Source: Candidatus Poribacteria bacterium (GTDB lineage Bacteria > Poribacteria > WGA-4E > WGA-3G). From it: 64,000 bases of DNA. Location of the stretch: contig OZ243938.1 in the NCBI GenBank assembly GCA_965214095.1, positions 1,504,001 to 1,568,000 of the forward strand, given 5' to 3'. Made by a program: the position numbers and the translations under genes. Position 1 is the stretch's first letter, and every line of letters starts with the position of its first letter. The notes under the pieces are model-generated. The model worked only from the letters and a program-made list of their open reading frames with translations. It had not been told where the DNA came from and ran no database searches. Of the stretch, positions 19,035-28,019 are shown in pieces.

Positions 19035-20783
19035 CTACTCGTAAAGCTCCGTAGCAGTTTCACCTTTAGCGAAACGGTGTGCAGTTTGCACAGCGGAATC
19101 GTTCCCTGCGTTTCTGCGGACATCCGTTGCCCATCGTGCTAACCCAACTATCAGTTGATTTCTTGCAGGATGGTCCTCGCAGTAATGCCACTCTCTATCC
19201 ACGATGTGAATTGTGCTGAGGAGATGACCACCGTTATCATCCTTGAGGATACATTGTCCCATTTCTCTCATTAATCGTTCAGCAGAACAACCTGAGTTCA
19301 GATATTCACGGGTTCGTCGTCCGATTTCTTGGATACGGACAGATTCTATCCCATCAATAATTGCGTCAAGTGCCATATCTTCATCAAGCACTTTCGTGGT
19401 TGACGTCGTTCTTGCTTCTGAAATCGGTTGATGACGTATGTTGAGCCATCGGTTTACATAGAACGTCCATCCACAATGGAAGAGTGCCCTTGCGGCAATT
19501 TTGGTGCCACCAAAACGGAGTACCTTCCTGATATTGGCTGCACATTCCATCTCTTCTTGTAATTCCCCCCAACCTGGACTCATGTTAACTGGTGTTCTTG
19601 CCATCCTATCAGCAGTGGTCATGACCATAGTTGTAGCAATTTTGTCTATAGAAGCACCCGCTGTGAGCACTTTCGTAATTGCATCAAAAATAGTGTCTAT
19701 ATCTCCACTGACCAGATCGGCAGATAATGCATCTTCATCAAAGTCAACATCAGAATCCGGTGATTTTTCCTGCGGAAGCTCATCAAAGATGTGCTCAATT
19801 TCTTCTAGTTTTTGGAGTGCTTCTCGGAGACGTTCACCGGGTCTTCCCCTACCTTGTCCAAGTATCTTTGCACTAAGGTTGCAGACTAATTCACCCGTCA
19901 TGTCCCAACCCCATTTTTCGAGCAATTCAGCCAAATGACATAGGTCAATAAGATTCCTGGGACTACTAAGGAAGAACCATTCGGATGCACAATCCAAGAA
20001 AAGCGGTATGTATTTATCCTCATGCCCACCTAATTCTCTTGCTGTGATCAGACATTTTTCAATACCTTCCCACTCTTTATCATAGGTGAAGACTCTAATC
20101 CAGTTTTCGAGTTTTTCCCAGTCGACAGGGGGTGGAAGAGGTCTTCGGTCAGGACGATCATTATGTCCACCTGCAGCATGTGCCGCAGCCATCATCAGTG
20201 GTATAAGTCGGTCGTCTGTTTCATACATATGTGCGACCTTAATGCCGTGCATAAATGTTGCGACACGACCACCGCCAAATCGAAATCCTTCAGCTGTTGT
20301 GATATGACGCACCATATGCTTGACCATAATCTCTAAAGTCTCTTCTTCTGAAACACCTTTAGCTAACATTATGGCGATAGCTTTGGAAAGCGTCCAACTA
20401 TCGTTGGAGAATAACCCCTCTTTCAACAAAAGAAAATGTGCGTCATCCCGTTTTTTTCCACCTTTTTCAATATCTACATAGATATCACCATTTCGGACAT
20501 CAACGGGGAACGTAGCAAGATCATCACAACCACCAGTGAAGCATCCACCACCTTCCATGTCGTAACTCCAACCGTGCCAGTCACACGCCAATACTCCTCT
20601 TTTGACATGTCCTCTTATGAGTGGATACCCCATGTGCGGACACTGATTGTCTGTAGCGAACACATTTCCTTCATGCTCAAAGAGGGCAATACTATGACCT
20701 TCAACTCTAACTGCCCTCGGCTTACCCTCTGCTATATCACTTCGGGCAGCGACTTTTACATAATTTCCATTTTCTGATAACAC
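19035..20783 (-). CDS. Rieske [2Fe-2S] domain + large helical C-terminal region (paralog 1)
   Basis: CPHMGYPL...CDWHGW Rieske ligands; about 480-aa C-terminal region alignable by eye with 22082-23818 and 43089-44927. Confidence 0.85.
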   Translation of the reverse strand: MLSENGNYVKVAARSDIAEGKPRAVRVEGHSIALFEHEGNVFATDNQCPHMGYPLIRGHVKRGVLACDWHGWSYDMEGGGCFTGGCDDLATFPVDVRNGDIYVDIEKGGKKRDDAHFLLLKEGLFSNDSWTLSKAIAIMLAKGVSEEETLEIMVKHMVRHITTAEGFRFGGGRVATFMHGIKVAHMYETDDRLIPLMMAAAHAAGGHNDRPDRRPLPPPVDWEKLENWIRVFTYDKEWEGIEKCLITARELGGHEDKYIPLFLDCASEWFFLSSPRNLIDLCHLAELLEKWGWDMTGELVCNLSAKILGQGRGRPGERLREALQKLEEIEHIFDELPQEKSPDSDVDFDEDALSADLVSGDIDTIFDAITKVLTAGASIDKIATTMVMTTADRMARTPVNMSPGWGELQEEMECAANIRKVLRFGGTKIAARALFHCGWTFYVNRWLNIRHQPISEARTTSTTKVLDEDMALDAIIDGIESVRIQEIGRRTREYLNSGCSAERLMREMGQCILKDDNGGHLLSTIHIVDREWHYCEDHPARNQLIVGLARWATDVRRNAGNDSAVQTAHRFAKGETATELYE

Positions 20784-20798
20784 TTTATTTTTCTCCTA

Positions 20799-22075
20799 TT
20801 ATTCCTGTGATAATTCAGTTAAAAACGTCGCGACAGATTTCCGCTTCGCCTTCTTTGCATAATCAAGTGGTGTTAGTCCCGCATCGTCACGGACATTGAC
20901 AGCCGCGCCGTGCTCAATCAACAACACAGCTTGGTTTTTGCCAACCCCTTTCTGCGCAATGAAGTGCAACGGTGTCTGCCCCTTATCATCAGTCACATTC
21001 GGATTAGCACCATTTTCCAATAAACAGGCAACGCCAACGGTCAAACCGCGTTGTGCGACCCAATGTAGCGGTGTCCACATGCCACGTCTATGCTTTTGAT
21101 GTGCGTTGATATCCAGACCTTTTGCTATGAAACCTTTCAGCAATCTATCAAATCGCTTGGGTCCTTGTCCAACCAGCATATACCAATCTCGCAAGTTAAT
21201 CTCATAACCTAAGTCAATGAGCAGATCAACGATTGCTGGTTGTTTATACTTAAGTGCCAGCTCAAGTAACGGCATAGTCGGTCCGACTTGATACGCATAG
21301 ACGTGTCCACCCGGAACTTCATTCTCCTGTTCAGTATTTACCTTAGAGGATTTCTCCGATGGTATAATGTAACCTGTAGGATCTTTTACATTAATCCGTA
21401 ATCTGAGAAGATCGGGATTTCTTTGAAATTCCTCTCTTGCTCGTTCAACGTCACCCATTGCACAATAGAGGACAACATCGGTTTCTGCCCCTTTTTCAAG
21501 CAGATATTTGCATACCTCAGGTCGTCTACTCATTGTCCATTGTGCTGCAGTTCCATTATGGTCCTGATCACGTAAATTTATGTCGGCACCGTGTTTGAGA
21601 AGCAAGTCAGCAATTCGGGGTGTGGCAGAGAAATGTAACGGAGACATGCCATCACTTCCCAGTGTGTGAACTACTTCTGGATTTCCACCAATCAACGTTT
21701 CAAGTGTATCCAGCATGTCCAACCCAGCAGCAGCATGTGCGTCAATCGTTGCTCCACGTTCAATCAGGTGTTCCGCCAATTCCTTGTTGTAACTTAGCAT
21801 TGAACCTGTTACATGCTGAAGTGCTGAAGTACCACCTGCCCACCAAGAACTCTTGACATCAATGTTTGCACCTGCATCCAGCAGCACATCAATAAACGGA
21901 CGATCTCCTCTGCCTGCTGCATGCACAATTGCAGGAGCATCAAAAGAAAACCAAGGTTCATCATGTGGTCTTTGAGGTCACTGTTATTTGCCAACAATGA
22001 CCTGACCTTTTCTGCTTCTCCATTATTCACTGCATCAATAAATGCTGTTCGCTGCAAGTGCCAACCTTGACTCAT
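20799..22075 (-). pseudogene. Ankyrin-repeat protein with a single frameshift near 21963
   Basis: N-terminal ORF (...DLKDH) continues in a shifted frame as DEPWFSFDAPAIVHAAG into the 375-aa ankyrin ORF (SPLHF, TPLHW, TPLHF, TPLDY). Confidence 0.75.
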
Positions 22076-22081
22076 CAGAAA

Positions 22082-23818
22082 TTACTCCTCAAACACCTCA
22101 ATTGTTGTTCTACCTTCTGCAAAATTCATTGCTGTGGTAGCCGCGGACTTATTATCCGTATTGGAACGAATATCTGTTACATATCGTGCCAATCCGACTA
22201 ATAACTGAGGTTGTGCAGGATGTCCATCGGCATGCTTCCACTCTTCAAATACGGTACGTAATGTCGGCAACACTTCACTACCTGTATCATCCCATAGCAC
22301 AGAATGTCCAATCTCTTTTATCAGACGTTCACCTGAATATCCAGCATTGAGGTATCCAAGCACTTGTGGTCCCACATCTTGCACGTTAAGCGACTCAATC
22401 GTAGCAATAATCTGTTTGACACCTTCAGCCTCGTTCGCGACATCAAGTTTTCCTTCACTCAATGGTTCACTGAGAGGACGCGAGGTAATATTGATCCAAC
22501 GATTTGCAAAGATTTGCCATGCAACATGGAATAAACCTTTTGCTGCGACAAGGTTACCACCCATCTTTTGTGCACTTCTCAGAGAAGACGCAAGGTTAAG
22601 TTCCATCGTTAAGTTCCACCAACCCGCATCTACATTAACAGGTGTGTTCGCCATTCTATCCGCAGCAAGCAGTACGAGTGAAGTAATAACTCTATCTAAC
22701 TTGACACCGTCAACTAAAACTGCCTGAACTTCTTCAAAAGAACGTTGGAGATCAACACTGGTAAGTGATTCTACAAACACATCCTCATTAAATTTATTAG
22801 TACGTTCTAATGCGACATTTTCAATCGTTGGTAGCATCTCTTTCATAAGAGTGATAGCATCTCTACGGTACCGTTCTGGGTCTGCGGGATGATGTCCTAC
22901 AAGGTCTGCACCGAGATAGAAGAACAGATCCGCAGTGCGGTCCCATCCAAATTCATCAACCACTTCAGAAAGATAACTGACATAAAGCGGGATTTGTGGA
23001 TTATCAATAAAATTGGGTTCCACAGCACATTCAAAAAGTAACGGACGCAATTTGTCTGCATCGCCTTTATGATATGCAGTGTACAAACACCGTTCAATGC
23101 GTCCGGCTTGTCCTTCATAAGAGAAGATACGCACCCATTGTTCTATCTTTTCCCAACTGACAGGTTCCGGCAGGGGCACAGCTTCAAGCCGTTGACGTGC
23201 TTCTCCTGCAGCAGAACATGCAGCGGTAGTGACAGCAATGAGTCTGTCCTCGCCTTCATACCGACTTCCAACTCTAAGTCCATTTATGAGTTTTGAGACA
23301 TCTTCTCCACCTTCTGACCCGTGTTCACTGGGAATGTGTCGGGCAACGTGTTCAAGAATCGCTCCCATTACCTCTTCTTCTGGGACACCGCCTTTAAGTA
23401 ACAGTGCGATCGCTTTGGACATAGTCCATCTGTCTTCACTTAATAGACCTTCTCTAAGCAATTGCTTATGTTCATCAGCACGGCGATATACCATATCTCC
23501 AGGTTCAATCCAAATTTCTTCGCCTCGGATATCCACTGGAAAAACCTTCAAATCATCACATTCAACGTGGAAACACCCACCACCCTCTAAATCGAAACTA
23601 CGGCGGTGCCAATCACACGTTAAAATACCATTTCGTATTGTGCCGCGGGTCAATGGATAACCCATGTGCGGACACTGGTTATCCGTAGCATATATCTTCC
23701 CATCAACGTTAAAGAGGGCTATGCTACGTCCTTCTTCCATCTTGATTGCCTTCGGTTTCCCTTCAGGCACTTCGCTCAATGTTGCCACCTTCACCCAATC
23801 GGGTGTTTGATTTTGCAT
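22082..23818 (-). CDS. Rieske [2Fe-2S] domain + large helical C-terminal region (paralog 2)
   Basis: CPHMGYPL...CDWHRR; shares DRMAxTPVN...GW and QLxVGLAR with paralog 1. Confidence 0.85.
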   Translation of the reverse strand: MQNQTPDWVKVATLSEVPEGKPKAIKMEEGRSIALFNVDGKIYATDNQCPHMGYPLTRGTIRNGILTCDWHRRSFDLEGGGCFHVECDDLKVFPVDIRGEEIWIEPGDMVYRRADEHKQLLREGLLSEDRWTMSKAIALLLKGGVPEEEVMGAILEHVARHIPSEHGSEGGEDVSKLINGLRVGSRYEGEDRLIAVTTAACSAAGEARQRLEAVPLPEPVSWEKIEQWVRIFSYEGQAGRIERCLYTAYHKGDADKLRPLLFECAVEPNFIDNPQIPLYVSYLSEVVDEFGWDRTADLFFYLGADLVGHHPADPERYRRDAITLMKEMLPTIENVALERTNKFNEDVFVESLTSVDLQRSFEEVQAVLVDGVKLDRVITSLVLLAADRMANTPVNVDAGWWNLTMELNLASSLRSAQKMGGNLVAAKGLFHVAWQIFANRWINITSRPLSEPLSEGKLDVANEAEGVKQIIATIESLNVQDVGPQVLGYLNAGYSGERLIKEIGHSVLWDDTGSEVLPTLRTVFEEWKHADGHPAQPQLLVGLARYVTDIRSNTDNKSAATTAMNFAEGRTTIEVFEE

Positions 23819-23977
23819 ATTTTGATTCCTTTTTGGTTTAGGTTTATCAGTTTAGAATTCAACTACCCATACAATTGGTAGAGGTGTAAAACGGATTTAC
23901 CAAACGTTGCTGTGTGAAAGCCCAATTCTTTAGATTTGGGAGCCGTCAGAATATCGAATAATCAAATAGATATGAAG

Positions 23978-25216
23978 TTAATTTAACGTGAAGCGGACTG
24001 TATCAAAACGACTTGCTAATTCTGCAACAATAGGTTTGATCTTTTCAGGGTCTTCACCGGAAAAAGCATCAACGATAACATCTGCTATGTCAGGTGCATC
24101 CTCAGGTGTCATCCCCATTCGCGTAATTTCTTGAACACCGAGTCTTAGTCCAGATTTTCCCACTTCAGGTGACAAACCTGCAGCACCTGCAATTATATTG
24201 CAGCTTTCCAATTGATCCGCAAGTTCTCCACCAATTCCATAGGCATCTACAATCGGAATCAAAGTGTGCGTTTCTGTGAATCCGAGTTCTGCCCCGAGAA
24301 TAGGCACATCGCGATCTAACAATGCTTGTCCCAATGCTTTTGCATTTGCAACGATTGCATCCGCATACGTTGAACCGCAGGTCATCCACTCCACAAATGT
24401 CCCTGCTAACGCGGGTAATCGACTCAGGTGATGATTGCTCATGAGTAATGGATAAAGTGTTGATGCAATTCGTTCCGCAATGGATTTGTCGTTTGTTAGA
24501 ATCATACCACCTTGCGGTCCTGCCAACGTTTTATGTGTGCTGGAAATGATCACATCAGCACCTTCTTCAAGGGGTGATTGAAAACGTCCACCAGCAATAA
24601 GTCCAATTACATGTGCCGCATCGTAAATTAGATATGACTCTGGATTTGCCTGTCGCATTGCGCTTTTCAATTCTGCAACAGGTTGTGGAAACAGGAAAAC
24701 AGCAGAACCGATATTTACGATTCTCGGTTTGTGTTGCTCAATCAATGAAATCGTTGCTGCAAGGTCAATGTTGGATCGGACACCGTCCCAAGGTATCGGA
24801 ATTGACTGTAAGTCTACCTTTAGAGGTGACACTGCAAGTTTATTTGCATAGCCGTGACCGTTATCTACTTCTAATGCAATACTACCCGGTTCAGCGAGTG
24901 CGAATGTCGTTGCAATTCCTGCGATATTACCTGACAACGGACGTAAATCAACGAATGCTGCATTGAACAACGTTTTTGCCAATTCCTGCGTATACGCCTC
25001 TATTTCTGCAATATAACGATTACCTTTGTAATGCCGATTATGTAGGTCAATACCGTTATAATTCCCGTATCGCTGTGCTAACCTTTCATCAAAGAGTTTT
25101 TCTACCAACGGAGAAGGCGTATTCTCTGAAGCAATAAGGTTCAAGCAAGTTTTGCGATATTCATGATGTTTATTGAGAAGCGTGACTAGTTTTTCTATGT
25201 CTTGATTAGGGTTCAT
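23978..25216 (-). CDS. Divergent serine hydroxymethyltransferase-like PLP enzyme
   Basis: NLIASEN, YDAAHVIGLIAGG, SSTHKTLAGPQGG (PLP Lys), SGLRLG. Confidence 0.85.
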   Translation of the reverse strand: MNPNQDIEKLVTLLNKHHEYRKTCLNLIASENTPSPLVEKLFDERLAQRYGNYNGIDLHNRHYKGNRYIAEIEAYTQELAKTLFNAAFVDLRPLSGNIAGIATTFALAEPGSIALEVDNGHGYANKLAVSPLKVDLQSIPIPWDGVRSNIDLAATISLIEQHKPRIVNIGSAVFLFPQPVAELKSAMRQANPESYLIYDAAHVIGLIAGGRFQSPLEEGADVIISSTHKTLAGPQGGMILTNDKSIAERIASTLYPLLMSNHHLSRLPALAGTFVEWMTCGSTYADAIVANAKALGQALLDRDVPILGAELGFTETHTLIPIVDAYGIGGELADQLESCNIIAGAAGLSPEVGKSGLRLGVQEITRMGMTPEDAPDIADVIVDAFSGEDPEKIKPIVAELASRFDTVRFTLN

Positions 25217-25563
25217 TTAGAAGCATTCCCGAAAAAGAGTGTGGTTTTTCGATGGTTATTAATTGATAGATAGGTGTAATGTAGGTTCACACTGATATAT
25301 GTTAGAATGACGTTTCATGTCCCAGTGATCTCTACGAAATTATTAACGCTTTCAATAGATTAAAGTTTCTAAGAATGCCTAATAATCTGCGACATGAAGT
25401 ATGGTAGGAAATGTAGTCAATTTAGGTTGAAAGTATAAGAGGGATATATTCACTAAATTGACACCTATGGTGTTCCTGTTTTCTTACCTTAGTTCCAAGG
25501 TGTTCTGCCTTTAGCTGCTTCAGATATTTTCTTTCGCGTATAAATCTAAATAGTATTTGTGTA

Positions 25564-25635
25564 TAGCACCAGCGGTGCGGAAGGTGTATAGAATCGTGCA
25601 ACTACACATACAAAGCCAGCGGGCGACAGGTGTAT
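25564..25635. repeat. AGCACCAGCGGTGC/GGGCGACAGGTG doublet repeat
   Basis: Same family as the doublets at 15533-16053, 26660-26735 and 55053-55127. Confidence 0.7.
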
Positions 25636-25760
25636 ATTCAAAAAGTCTATCTTATGCAATACACTTAGAAAATAGAAACTCCCAATAATGAACGTACTAG
25701 TGGAGCGTCCATTCGGACAAGATAAGTGTAGACAGAATACTTGTGGAGGTGATATTATAG

Positions 25761-25856
25761 ATGATATGGACGCTATGTCTTTCGGTCGTGGTTTTTACTG
25801 CTGTTTGCACAGTGTGTGAGTTGACGGTGAGGATTGTACGGAAGCTCAAATCGTAA
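25761..25856 (+). CDS. 31-aa hydrophobic peptide (type I toxin-like), not in the ORF track
   Basis: GGAGGTGA RBS at 25745-25752; MIWTLCLSVVVFTAVCTVCELTVRIVRKLKS. Confidence 0.45.
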   Translation: MIWTLCLSVVVFTAVCTVCELTVRIVRKLKS

Positions 25857-25860
25857 TGAC

Positions 25861-26079
25861 CTACTTGTCTTTATCTTGTCGTCCTTTATAGATCCAACGA
25901 ATAAAGTGGTATGATGCCCAGACAATAGCAACATAGAATAACCCAGTGATAAAACCCAGAAATATGTCTCCATAACCACTTCCAACTATCATGGAAACAA
26001 TAATAAAAACTATAATGGACAGGAATATTGTAATCCTGATAAAAAACTTTTTCCAATTTAGATTTTTATTTATTTTCAT
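25861..26079 (-). CDS. Small two-TM membrane protein
   Basis: MKINKNLNWKK followed by two hydrophobic stretches and a basic tail. Confidence 0.55.
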   Translation of the reverse strand: MKINKNLNWKKFFIRITIFLSIIVFIIVSMIVGSGYGDIFLGFITGLFYVAIVWASYHFIRWIYKGRQDKDK

Positions 26080-26276
26080 AGTAAAATGATATTGTGTAAA
26101 TGTCAATAAAGTTTGTAATATGGTTGCATTATACCAGATTTTATGTTGTTTACAATACAAAATAACGTACGGTGCTATGTGCCGGGCGTTTTTTCTTTAT
26201 CTACACATAATACTATTATCTATATCGTGTAAATATGGTATACTTATGCTTAATATATCCCGATAGACAAGGATTT

Positions 26277-26546
26277 ATGATGGCTGAAAGCAAAGCAATA
26301 CAGGTGAAAGTGCCACAGAGGACTTATGAGAAGTTAGTTGAATTTACTGGAAGTGAGGGTTTTGTCGGTTCATCTGGCAAGCCTATCGTTGCCCAAGCCG
26401 TGTTCAAGATGATCCGATTCTTTTTAGATGCTGAGAATGATCCCGAATGGGAAAAACTTCGAGAGAAATCCGGGGGGAATACCTTTGGCATGGTGGACGC
26501 AGCTGTGACAGAACATATCAAAAAACGGCAGAGAGGTCCCTATTAG
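26277..26546 (+). CDS. Small hypothetical protein, possible ribbon-helix-helix regulator
   Basis: AAGGA RBS; N-terminal alternating strand KAIQVKVP then helix RTYEKL. Confidence 0.55.
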   Translation: MMAESKAIQVKVPQRTYEKLVEFTGSEGFVGSSGKPIVAQAVFKMIRFFLDAENDPEWEKLREKSGGNTFGMVDAAVTEHIKKRQRGPY

Positions 26547-26577
26547 AGTACTCACCCGATTTATAAGTATTAAATTA

Positions 26578-26966
26578 CTATAGTTTGGACAGTTTTTTAT
26601 AGACTTGAATAATAGTCTGGACAAGGAGAATCACAGTCATCATACCTATTTCTTAAATGATACACCTGTCGCCCCGCTGGGGCTATAAATCGTTTGTTCA
26701 CGATGTACTATACACATTTCGCCCCGCTGGGGCTGCTCATTTTGATGTTTTCACACTTTTTCATCAAAGTATTATCCTATCCAAAACTCACAATATATTG
26801 CAAATGCCAGCAATATCATACCATTTCTATAAATGTTTATCCCATTAACATTTGTTAAGAATGTCTTGAAGGATGGCACAAACTGGCAGTTTGTGCTACA
26901 AAAATGCGGCGTTTTCTATTAGAAATGGTATCAGTATGTAACCAAGAGAAATTGTCCAAACTATAG
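26578..26966. mobile_element. MITE with CTATAGTTTGGACA TIRs and a 10-bp TSD, containing a nested element
   Basis: TIRs at 26578 and 26953-26966; TATTAAATTA on both sides; near-identical to 54971-55244 apart from the nested insert. Confidence 0.85.
26819..26930. mobile_element. 112-bp MITE nested in 26578-26966, 3-bp TSD (TCA)
   Basis: TACCATTTCTA/TAGAAATGGTA TIRs; empty site CAATATCAGT visible in the 55 kb copy; near-identical copy at 40522-40633. Confidence 0.9.
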
Positions 26967-27224
26967 TATTAAATTAGGGGAGGGTACTAAAAAAGTGACC
27001 ATCGGCAATTTTGACTGAATTGCGTCCGTATAGGCTTTATGGTATATTTGCATATTTCAAAAGTTTAGTACGCTGCTATTATATTCAGAAACAGAGAAAT
27101 GGATACAAAAATGACTTACCGTGAATTGTGGTTGCACTTTCCGCAAGGATTAGCATATCATTCACGATGTGAATGTTTAGTGTGGTCAACAACCTAAATA
27201 ACCCTGTCCTGATAAATCCTACTC

Positions 27225-27253
27225 TTGACACAAACAATTTTATCTGGTAATAT
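27225..27253 (+). promoter_or_regulatory. sigma70 promoter (extended -10) for the SOD operon
   Basis: TTGACA-17 bp-TAATAT with TG-n before the -10. Confidence 0.65.
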
Positions 27254-27283
27254 ATTGTCAAAACTATTTTGTGAGGAAAAAAC

Positions 27284-28009
27284 GTGAACCGCAGAAAATT
27301 TTTGACGAATGGAAGTGCCCTATTAGCCGGCATATTTGTTGCTAAGAGTCCATTTAATGTCTTTGCAGACCATCATGAAAGTGACGATCATCCACATGGA
27401 CATGAACTACCAAAATTGCGTTACGACTATGACGCGCTTGAACCTTATATTGACAAACGCACAATGGAAATCCATCATGGGAAACACCATCAAGGTTATG
27501 TCAATAAGTTAAATGCAGCAATTGGCGACGATCATGCTTTAGCTGATCAATCTATTGAAGATTTATTGCGAGGTATAGATAAAGTTCCACAGAAAATTCG
27601 CCAAGCAGTAATCAACAGTGGTGGCGGACATGCTAACCACACTCTTTTCTGGAGCACAATGATCCCTGGTGGAAGAGAACTTAAGGGTAAAATTGCTGAA
27701 GACTTACAATCCACATTCGGTTCAATTGATGCTGCAAAAGAGAAATTCAACACCACAGCAAAAACGCGTTTCGGTTCAGGATGGGCATGGCTTGTTGTTG
27801 ATGACAAGAAGAAGTTACAGATATATTCAACTAAGAATCAGGATAGTCCACTGATGCAAGGTCACACACCTATCCTCGGATTAGATGTATGGGAACACGC
27901 ATACTACCTGAAATACCAGAACCGACGCGCAGATTATGTGGGTGCATGGGCAAATGTCGTTAATTGGACACAGGTTAACCTTAACTACACCACAGCAATG
28001 AAAGGTTAG
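27284..28009 (+). CDS. sodA: Tat-exported Mn/Fe superoxide dismutase (Mn-type signature)
   Basis: NRRKFL Tat signal; [32 protein letters not shown]. Confidence 0.9.
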   Translation: MNRRKFLTNGSALLAGIFVAKSPFNVFADHHESDDHPHGHELPKLRYDYDALEPYIDKRTMEIHHGKHHQGYVNKLNAAIGDDHALADQSIEDLLRGIDKVPQKIRQAVINSGGGHANHTLFWSTMIPGGRELKGKIAEDLQSTFGSIDAAKEKFNTTAKTRFGSGWAWLVVDDKKKLQIYSTKNQDSPLMQGHTPILGLDVWEHAYYLKYQNRRADYVGAWANVVNWTQVNLNYTTAMKG

Positions 28010-28019
28010 GGGTGTATCT

